A stretch of DNA of 51,699 nucleotides, taken from the NCBI GenBank assembly GCA_045643605.1, contig JAZULC010000018.1, positions 1 through 51,699 on the forward strand, given 5' to 3'. The number at the start of each line of letters is the position of its first letter. Positions within the stretch are counted from its first letter, which is position 1. The stretch comes from Alphaproteobacteria bacterium (GTDB lineage: Bacteria > Pseudomonadota > Alphaproteobacteria > RF32 > CAG-239). This document shows positions 44,548 to 51,699 of this stretch, piece after piece. A program made the translations under genes and the position numbers. The notes under the pieces were generated by a model. It was not told the DNA's origin and did not search any database. It saw only the letters and a program-made list of their open reading frames with translations.

Positions 44548-44981
44548 TTAATCTTCAAAAATAATTTTAGCTTCTTCCATCCACACAATTTTATCTATTA
44601 CCCAACGACTAATTTGTTCTATTTTTTCCGGTTCTACCTTCATAACCTCCCCACATTTAGCAATAAAACTAATTTCTTCTTCAGATACCTCATCATCGAC
44701 ATGGGACAAAAAGCACATTTCCTTTATTAGTTCTAAAGCAAGTCTTCTGGATGGAATATTTTCTAAATCGCTTAATATTTTTTCTTCTTTATCGTTATTA
44801 ACTATATCTAAAAATATATCTTCAGGGATATTGTTTATATCTGCTAAACTTTTAATATATGCAGATTCTTTTTCATCAAAATTACGGTCAATTTTTGCCA
44901 GATACATTAATGCTCTTAGAAACAACAAAGTCGTATCATAAGATAAAAAATCAAAATTTCTTATTTCAGATGTATTATTCA
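44548..44981 (-). CDS. TerB-like (tellurite-resistance TerB / DjlA N-terminal fold) protein
   Basis: It has two helical half-repeats. The first is LLFLRALMYLAKIDRNFDEKESAYIKSL. The second is LALELIKEMCFLSHVDDEVSEEEISFIAKCGEVMKV. This is the pattern of TerB-family metal/stress modules. Start at the ATG at 44981 (MNNTSEI). The track start at 45243 would overlap miaB. Confidence 0.6.
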
Positions 44982-45135
44982 TAATTATTAATTCCCTAAA
45001 ATTACATTGCTTTATATAGTAAAACATAAAAGACAAAACTTCAAGACAAAAAATTATTATAAAATAAAAAAAAGTATGGAAAATTTTTAACAATGTAGTA
45101 TTATTGCCATAAAATAATAAAGGACGCAGAAAAAA

Positions 45136-46464
45136 TTGAAAAAATTTTATATAAAAACTTTTGGTTGTCAGATGAACGTTTACGATTCCGGAAGAATTGC
45201 AGATATTTTGCGCTCTATGGGTATGGAAGCATGTAATAAACAAGAAGATGCTGATATTGTTTTATTTAATACTTGTCATATTCGTGAAAAAGCTGCCGAA
45301 AAAGTATTTTCAGATTTAGGTCGTGCAGAAATAATAAAAAAAGAACGCCTCCTTAAAGGAAAAAACACTATCATAGGTGTTGTCGGATGTGTAGTGCAGG
45401 CAGAAGATGAGCAAATTCTCAAAAGAGCTCCTTTTGTAGATTTTGCTATGGGTCCATTAACATATCATCGTATTGCAGAAACGCTTAAAAAAATTATTGA
45501 TAAGAAAGCTGATAATATTATTGATACGGAATTTCCTGTTGAATCAAAATTTGATTTTTTGCCAGAAAATCAGTCCAGGGGAGCTTGTTCTTTTCTAGCT
45601 CTGCAAGAAGGATGCAATAATTTTTGCACATATTGCGTTGTACCATATACCAGAGGAGCAGAATATTCTCGTCCGATAGAAGAAGTTCTTAAAGAGGCAA
45701 GAGCTCTAGTTGCCGGTGGCACATTAGAGATAAATTTATTAGGACAAAACGTTAATTCTTACCATGGTGAAGACAAAAACGGCAAAGAAAGGGATTTGGC
45801 TTATTTGTTGCATAAAATTGCCGAGATTGATGGATTACAGAGAATAAGATATACTACTTCTTATCCGGCAGATGTTACTGATGATTTAATTGCTTGTCAT
45901 CATGATATTGCAAAACTTATGCCATTTTTACATTTACCGGTACAGTCAGGTTCTAATAAAATTTTAAAAGCAATGAACAGAAGGCATACAGCTGATGACT
46001 ACAAACGAATAATTGATAAACTATATATAGCTAATTCAAATTTAGGTATTTCATCAGATTTCATTGTAGGTTTTCCTGGCGAAACAGATGAAGATTTTCA
46101 GCAGACATTGGATATGGTAAATTATGTTAAGTATATTCAAGCTTTTTCATTCAAATACAGTCGCAGAGCTGGAACTCCTGCAGCTGTTATGGATAATCAG
46201 ATAGAAGAAAAAGTAAAAAAAGAAAGATTGGATATTTTACAAAATCTGCTATTTTCTTATCAAGATAAATTTAATAATTCTTGTATCGGAAAAATTATGC
46301 CTGTTTTATTTGAACAAAAAGGACGCCATAAGGGACAACTTATCGGCAGAACACCTTATATGCAGAATCTACATGCTGATGCAGATAAAAATCTATTAAA
46401 CAAAATTGTTAACATAAAAGTAGTAGAGGCTACTACTAATTCTCTTAGTGGAAAGGTAATATAA
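45136..46464 (+). CDS. miaB: tRNA-2-methylthio-N6-dimethylallyladenosine synthase
   Basis: MKKFYIKTFGCQMNVYDS (TTG start), radical-SAM CNNFCTYCVVPYTRG, and a TRAM-like C-terminus. Confidence 0.94.
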   Translation: MKKFYIKTFGCQMNVYDSGRIADILRSMGMEACNKQEDADIVLFNTCHIREKAAEKVFSDLGRAEIIKKERLLKGKNTIIGVVGCVVQAEDEQILKRAPFVDFAMGPLTYHRIAETLKKIIDKKADNIIDTEFPVESKFDFLPENQSRGACSFLALQEGCNNFCTYCVVPYTRGAEYSRPIEEVLKEARALVAGGTLEINLLGQNVNSYHGEDKNGKERDLAYLLHKIAEIDGLQRIRYTTSYPADVTDDLIACHHDIAKLMPFLHLPVQSGSNKILKAMNRRHTADDYKRIIDKLYIANSNLGISSDFIVGFPGETDEDFQQTLDMVNYVKYIQAFSFKYSRRAGTPAAVMDNQIEEKVKKERLDILQNLLFSYQDKFNNSCIGKIMPVLFEQKGRHKGQLIGRTPYMQNLHADADKNLLNKIVNIKVVEATTNSLSGKVI

Positions 46465-46465
46465 T

Positions 46466-47425
46466 ATGACAGAACTCAGTTTTGAACTTTATAATAATCA
46501 ATTAGTACAAAAAATTGTCGGAATATCTGATGCTAATTTAAAATTAATGGAAAAAATTCTCGGTATTGAGATTTCTTGCTTTGGCAATCAGTTCACAATT
46601 TGTGGCGATAAAGTTGCTGCAGAACGTGCTAAAGAAGCTCTGAATATTTTGTATCACAAAGTTAGCCACGGACAAGATATTGGCGAACAAGAAATAAAAG
46701 CCGCCGTGCGTTTTAGTGATGGTCAAAATACAGACGAAACAAAAGCTTTAAGTGATTTGGTTTTGAAAACTAAAAAACGTCATATTTATCCTCGTTCGGC
46801 AACACAAGCTAAATATATTCAAGAAATGATGAAAAATGAACTTGTATTCGGCTTAGGTCCTGCCGGAACCGGTAAAACATATTTAGCTGTTGCTTTAGCC
46901 GTTACTATGATGCTTGAAGGAAAAATCGATAAAATTATTTTATCTCGTCCTGCTGTTGAAGCCGGTGAAAACCTTGGCTTTTTACCTGGCGACTTAAAAG
47001 AAAAAGTAGATCCTTATTTGCGCCCTCTTTATGACGCTTTATACGAAATGCTTCCGGCTGAAATTGTTGATAAAAAAATTGCCGTGGGAGAAATAGAAAT
47101 TGCACCGTTAGCCTTTATGCGCGGACGCACATTATCTAATTCTTTCATAATTCTTGATGAAGCACAAAATACTACTCCTATGCAAATGAAAATGTTTTTA
47201 ACCAGACTTGGCGAAAATTCACGCATGGTAGTCAATGGCGACTTAAGTCAGGTAGATTTACCGAGAGGCGTCGTTTCAGGTTTACGTGATGCATTAGACA
47301 CATTGCATAATGTTTCTAACATAAGTGCAGTAACATTTGGTTCTGAAGATGTCGTTCGCCACGGCCTTGTTGCAAAAATTGTACAGGCTTATGAAAACAG
47401 AAAAAAGGATAATGATGAAAAATAA
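46466..47425 (+). CDS. phoH: PhoH-like ATPase (YbeZ)
   Basis: Walker A GPAGTGKTYLAV, ILSRPAVEAGENLGFLPGD, IILDEAQN. Confidence 0.93.
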   Translation: MTELSFELYNNQLVQKIVGISDANLKLMEKILGIEISCFGNQFTICGDKVAAERAKEALNILYHKVSHGQDIGEQEIKAAVRFSDGQNTDETKALSDLVLKTKKRHIYPRSATQAKYIQEMMKNELVFGLGPAGTGKTYLAVALAVTMMLEGKIDKIILSRPAVEAGENLGFLPGDLKEKVDPYLRPLYDALYEMLPAEIVDKKIAVGEIEIAPLAFMRGRTLSNSFIILDEAQNTTPMQMKMFLTRLGENSRMVVNGDLSQVDLPRGVVSGLRDALDTLHNVSNISAVTFGSEDVVRHGLVAKIVQAYENRKKDNDEK

Positions 47426-47930
47426 TCTTGAAATCATACTTAATGATGACAGATGGAAAAACGAAGCAGCTTTCAAAAATTCACAGTTAATTTTTGAAAC
47501 TGCTTTTGATTTTCTACGTAAAAACAATGAAATAGATTTTTTGCCGGTACATACACCTATCCATATAAATCTTTGTTTAAGTAATGACGAAGAAGTTCAT
47601 AAATTAAATTTTGAATTTCGCAAAATGGATAAAGCTACTAATGTTCTGTCTTTTGCAAATATTGATGATGATACATTTTATAAAACATTACAAAGTCAAA
47701 AGCTCATAGAGTTAGGAGATATTATAATTTCTCTTGAAACTATGAAAAAAGAATCAGAAATAGAAAAGATTTCTTTTGAAAATCATTATGCACACCTTCT
47801 CGTACATGGCATTCTACATCTTTGTGGCTTTGACCATATTGAAGATGATGAGGCGGAATATATGGAAAATTTAGAAATACAAATTTTATCTGCATTAAAC
47901 ATTGAAAATCCATACAAAGACGAAAGATAA
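47412..47930 (+). CDS. ybeY: rRNA maturation endoribonuclease YbeY
   Basis: Zinc motif HLLVHGILHLCGFDH. Start MMKNNLEI at 47412 overlaps the phoH end. The track start at 47337 lies inside phoH. Confidence 0.92.
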   Translation: MMKNNLEIILNDDRWKNEAAFKNSQLIFETAFDFLRKNNEIDFLPVHTPIHINLCLSNDEEVHKLNFEFRKMDKATNVLSFANIDDDTFYKTLQSQKLIELGDIIISLETMKKESEIEKISFENHYAHLLVHGILHLCGFDHIEDDEAEYMENLEIQILSALNIENPYKDER

Positions 47931-47933
47931 AAA

Positions 47934-49457
47934 ATGAATTTTGCATATATTTTTAAACACAAAAAGATTATGGCTCTTACAAGCGGATGTTTATTGGTTC
48001 TATCTTTGCCTCCATACTATTTTTGGCCAATATCATTAGTATGCTTTTCATATCTGTTATATTGTTTAAATAGCTCAAACACTAAAAAAGAAAGTTTTTT
48101 ATTAGGATATTGGTTTGGTTTCGGTTTTTTTTCAATCGGTTTATCTTGGATAGGAAATGCTGTATTGGTAGATCCATGGCAAACCGGTTGGCTTTATCCG
48201 ATAATTTTGTGTGCTTCAGGGTTGTTTTTCGGATTTTTTGTAGCAATACCCTCTTTATTATCTTTTTGGTATAAAAATATTTTTACAAAAATTATAATTT
48301 TTGCAAGTTGGTGGACTGTATTTGAGTGGATAAGAAGCTTTTTTTTAACAGGATTTTCGTGGAATTTATTAGGAACATCACTGGCTTTTTCCCCAACAAT
48401 GATACAATCCGCAAGCATTTTCGGCACATACGGATTAACTTTTTTCTTTATCATTTTTTCGGGACTACCTATTGCTTATATAAAAGATAAAAAAAATAGA
48501 ATTATTGCGCTATCTTTAATATTTGTAATTGCGATTTCTAATTTTATATTCGGATACATCCGTCTAAACCAATCCTACCAAAACACACCTGTTATCATTC
48601 GTCTTGTGCAACCGGCTATTTCTCAAAAATTGAAATGGGAAGAATCTTCTTTACATAATAATTTTATCCAACATATTAATATGAGCAAGAAACAACCTCT
48701 GGATAATATAGATTTTGTAATTTGGGGAGAAACAGCAAGCCCTTATAATCCTAAATTCAGGACCGAATATCTGCAAGATTATATCTCTGCAGTACCAGAT
48801 AATGGATATCTCATATTCGGAGGAATAGACTATGCTTTTGAAAATAGCAAATATTATCCCAAAAATTCTATGTTTGTAATGAATAAGCAAGGACATGTCG
48901 TAGATTCTTACGATAAAATGCATCTTGTACCTTTTGGCGAATATGTCCCATTCAGAAAATATTTACCAGAATTTATCCGTCCAATCGCAAATATTATAGG
49001 AGAATTCAAAACCGGAAAAAATCATAAAAAAATTATTTTGCCGAAAAAACCTTCGTTTGGTGGCTTAATTTGTTATGAGATAATTTTCCCTTCTCAAATA
49101 ATTGATAAAAACAATCGTCCACAATGGCTGATTGTTTTAACAAATGATGGCTGGTATGGTAACAGTATGGGACCATATCAACATTTAGTTGCAGCACAGA
49201 TGAGAGCTGTTGAAGAAGGTCTCCCTGTTGTCAGAAGTGCAAATACGGGCATTAGTGCCGTAATTGATGCTTATGGAAGAGTTATAAAACAAATTCCTTT
49301 ACAAAAGAGCGATATTTTAGACGTTAAACTTCCTAAAGATATAAAAGCAACACTATATGCCGACTATGGAAACACTATTATTTTAACAATATGCTTGTTA
49401 ATAATTGCAATCATAAGTATTTTACATATCAAAAATAAGAAAATATCATTGAAATAA
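47934..49457 (+). CDS. lnt: Apolipoprotein N-acyltransferase
   Basis: N-terminal polytopic domain plus a CN-hydrolase domain with WGETA, KMHLVPFGEYVP and the catalytic Cys in GGLICYEIIF. Confidence 0.93.
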   Translation: MNFAYIFKHKKIMALTSGCLLVLSLPPYYFWPISLVCFSYLLYCLNSSNTKKESFLLGYWFGFGFFSIGLSWIGNAVLVDPWQTGWLYPIILCASGLFFGFFVAIPSLLSFWYKNIFTKIIIFASWWTVFEWIRSFFLTGFSWNLLGTSLAFSPTMIQSASIFGTYGLTFFFIIFSGLPIAYIKDKKNRIIALSLIFVIAISNFIFGYIRLNQSYQNTPVIIRLVQPAISQKLKWEESSLHNNFIQHINMSKKQPLDNIDFVIWGETASPYNPKFRTEYLQDYISAVPDNGYLIFGGIDYAFENSKYYPKNSMFVMNKQGHVVDSYDKMHLVPFGEYVPFRKYLPEFIRPIANIIGEFKTGKNHKKIILPKKPSFGGLICYEIIFPSQIIDKNNRPQWLIVLTNDGWYGNSMGPYQHLVAAQMRAVEEGLPVVRSANTGISAVIDAYGRVIKQIPLQKSDILDVKLPKDIKATLYADYGNTIILTICLLIIAIISILHIKNKKISLK

Positions 49458-49508
49458 AATATCAGATGAATTATCATCCTCAGGACAATAACTTTATGAA
49501 AAACAAAA

Positions 49509-50345
49509 ATGTATAATATAAAACGATATTACGATATAACAAAAAACCAAAGGCCTACACAAAAAGCTGATATTCGCAAAGTATTAGCTGCATATGCATT
49601 AATTTTTTTATTTCTATTTTGTTTTTTTTATCCTCAATATCCGAAAAAACTATTTTATCCTTTTATATACGGAGAAAAATCTTCTGTAAAAATATCTCCT
49701 AGTGACGAAGAATATTTTAATGATATTGAAGCAGAACCTTTACAGTTATACCGAGATAAATATTCATATGTACTTTTGCCTAAAGTAGAATATCACGGAA
49801 CACACAGAGTTGGTTATGTAGATAGCTATGATACAATGTTCAATAAATTTTATCGTGGACAATTTCAGGGTGATTATATTGCCCTTGTTCCTCAAGATAT
49901 TTACTTAGTTAACGGAATTCTTGCAGAGCCATACCCTTTTAGTTTGTTTGATTTTCACCATGAAGAAAGAATAGGAAGTATGAGATGTAAAGGTGTAAGC
50001 TATAGCGATTCTTTCGTTGGAGGAATTTTCACATCACAAAGCACTATGGAAGAATCTGCAAAATTATTAAAGGAGTGCAATTTATATGATAAGCATGAAT
50101 ATCATAACAATTTTCATCCAATTCCTGCAAGCGAAAACATAAATAAAGCTTTTCATATTGCTGTTCCCGGAGATATTATTTATTTAGAAGGATATTTATC
50201 AGATGTGCAAAATATGCATATGGAAACGGCAACTCGTAAAGGACAGCAACACCCTGTCTTTCGTGTTGGAGGAAAGTTAACGTCGGATTGGGGATTTATT
50301 TTATATACAACAAAAGTGATACTAAATGATTACGTATATGAATAG
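49509..50345 (+). CDS. Membrane-anchored hypothetical protein, tandem paralog A
   Basis: N-terminal TM (VLAAYALIFLFLFCFFY). Blocks shared with the next gene include RDKYSY, YHGTHRVGYVD, YRGQFQG, HEERIG..CKGV, FHPIPA, IYLEGYL and TKVILN..VYE. Confidence 0.7.
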   Translation: MYNIKRYYDITKNQRPTQKADIRKVLAAYALIFLFLFCFFYPQYPKKLFYPFIYGEKSSVKISPSDEEYFNDIEAEPLQLYRDKYSYVLLPKVEYHGTHRVGYVDSYDTMFNKFYRGQFQGDYIALVPQDIYLVNGILAEPYPFSLFDFHHEERIGSMRCKGVSYSDSFVGGIFTSQSTMEESAKLLKECNLYDKHEYHNNFHPIPASENINKAFHIAVPGDIIYLEGYLSDVQNMHMETATRKGQQHPVFRVGGKLTSDWGFILYTTKVILNDYVYE

Positions 50346-50351
50346 AAAAAA

Positions 50352-51149
50352 ATGATAGATAATAATATTGACAACCATCAAACAAATAAAATATATGTGT
50401 GGCGTAAAAGATTTTTCTATGTCTTATTAATATTTTGTATATGCTATCCTCAACATTGGCAACGTTTAATTTATCCATATATTTACGGAAAAAGAACCGA
50501 ACAGAATCTTGATTCTTTTTATGATGAATACTTTGAAGATATAGAAGCAGAATCTTTTGAAATTTCAAGAGACAAATATTCTTACACTCTGACTCCTACC
50601 GTAAAATACCATGGCACACATAGGATTGGATTTGTAGATATTTATGATACATTTTGGAATAAAATATATCGCGGACAATTTCAGGGTAAATATATAGCCA
50701 GAACACCTGTTGACTTATTTCTCGTCAACAAAGAACTTGCAGATCCTGAAATTTTTAAACTTTTTGAATTTGACCACGAAGAAAGAATGGGATTTATAAA
50801 ATGCAAAGGTGTAAAATACCAAGAAAATTGGTATCCTGTATCTATGTCAAAAGAAGAATATGAAGAAAATAAACGATTAAAAGCAAAATGTGATGAATAT
50901 AGCGATTTTTGGAAAAAACAAAATCATGATAATTATCATCCTATTCCTGCAACAGAAAGCATAAACAAAGCTCTTCACATAGCAAGACAAAATGATGTAA
51001 TATATCTTGAAGGATATTTAGTTGATGTTAACGGTGAAAAAATGCCAACACGTAAAGGTATGTCATACCAAAACAAAGAGACTTTAACCGGCTGGTGCTT
51101 AACGGTATATGTAACAAAAGTTATTTTAAACGGCTTCGTTTACGAATAA
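50352..51149 (+). CDS. Membrane-anchored hypothetical protein, tandem paralog B
   Basis: Same architecture and motif order as 49509..50345 (YHGTHRIGFVD, YRGQFQG, HEERMG..CKGV, YHPIPA, IYLEGYL, TKVILNGFVYE). Confidence 0.7.
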   Translation: MIDNNIDNHQTNKIYVWRKRFFYVLLIFCICYPQHWQRLIYPYIYGKRTEQNLDSFYDEYFEDIEAESFEISRDKYSYTLTPTVKYHGTHRIGFVDIYDTFWNKIYRGQFQGKYIARTPVDLFLVNKELADPEIFKLFEFDHEERMGFIKCKGVKYQENWYPVSMSKEEYEENKRLKAKCDEYSDFWKKQNHDNYHPIPATESINKALHIARQNDVIYLEGYLVDVNGEKMPTRKGMSYQNKETLTGWCLTVYVTKVILNGFVYE

Positions 51150-51152
51150 CTT

Positions 51153-51699
51153 TTATACATTAAACAAGAAATTCAATAAATCTCCATCTTGAACTATATA
51201 TTCTTTACCTTCAGAACGCATTTTTCCGGCTTCTTTACATGCTTGTTCAGAACCATATTTAATAAAATCATCATATGCAATTGTTTCTGCTCTGATAAAA
51301 CCTCTTTCAAAATCTGTATGAATAATTCCTGCGCATTGTGGAGCCATAGAGCCTTTCAGAAATGTCCAAGCTCTAATCTCTTTAGGACCGGCAGTAAAAT
51401 ATGTTTCTAAATTAAGTAATTTATAACCGGCACGAATAACTTTTGAAAGTCCTGTTTCTGTCAAGCCGAGAGAACTTAAAAAATCTTTTTTATCTTCTTC
51501 ACTTTCTAATTGCGCAACTTCAGACTCTATTGCTGCAGAAATAATTACGGCACCTGTTCCTTGTTTTTCTGCCCACTCAAAAACTTTTTTAGAATAAGCG
51601 TTTCCATCTGCTGCAGAATTTTCATCAACATTGCAAACATATAATACAGGCTTAGCTGTTAATAATTGCAACATTTGATACTGTTTATAGGCATCTTTA
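51153..51699 (-). CDS. ychF: Redox-regulated ribosome-binding ATPase YchF (C-terminal part; 5' end outside the window)
   Basis: KPVLYVCNV...LNLETYFTAGPKEIRAWT...GMAPQCAGIIHTDFERGFIRAE...KEAGKMRSEGKEYIVQDGD is the conserved YchF C-terminal (TGS-like) region. The frame is open to the window edge. Confidence 0.93.
   Translation of the reverse strand, partial: KDAYKQYQMLQLLTAKPVLYVCNVDENSAADGNAYSKKVFEWAEKQGTGAVIISAAIESEVAQLESEEDKKDFLSSLGLTETGLSKVIRAGYKLLNLETYFTAGPKEIRAWTFLKGSMAPQCAGIIHTDFERGFIRAETIAYDDFIKYGSEQACKEAGKMRSEGKEYIVQDGDLLNFLFNV

Overview
This is a strongly AT-rich, gene-dense bacterial window. Nearly all of it is housekeeping. The gene content and local gene order look alphaproteobacterial and fit a reduced, probably host-associated or intracellular genome, but that placement is inference. 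Supporting details are an rpoB N-terminus of the LIEVQ..SY type, the clusters miaB-phoH-ybeY-lnt and yggT-DUF167-folD, and a two-domain Nfu.

Recognisable core genes:
- rpoC (5' part), rpoB, a DsbA-like oxidoreductase, DUF47 plus a PiT phosphate transporter, metG and trkH.
- queA, lgt, ligA, infC (non-canonical ATA start, truncated in the ORF track), a CstA-family transporter and murJ.
- nfu, a glucosaminidase-domain protein, a HAMP-PAS histidine kinase, infA, fabG, fabD and ftsK.
- A DedA-family protein, folD, DUF167, yggT, miaB, phoH, ybeY, lnt and ychF (partial).

RNA genes read from the sequence:
- tRNA-Arg(UCU).
- Two near-identical tRNA-Pro(CGG) copies bracketing a small secreted-protein ORF.
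- A long-hairpin ncRNA with a GGAA tetraloop that looks like SRP (4.5S) RNA.

I found no transposase, integrase, CRISPR array or recognisable defence system.

Most unusual content:
1. An accessory islet at about 32.8-35.6 kb. It holds a membrane GT2 glycosyltransferase, a secreted acidic tandem-repeat protein, an orphan type IV pilin-like gene, and the tRNA-Pro / ORF / tRNA-Pro unit.
2. An approximately 890-aa protein with a central Gly-rich multi-lobed hydrophobic block and a C-terminal (EP/VV) repeat.
3. A tandem pair of membrane-anchored paralogs of unknown family at 49.5-51.1 kb.
4. A TerB-like three-gene module at the head of the yggT-folD operon.
5. A BspA-type LRR secreted protein.
6. 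A degenerate GGDEF membrane protein.
7. An orphan kinase with a 4-Cys PAS domain.

Every functional idea about these seven is inference from sequence reading only.
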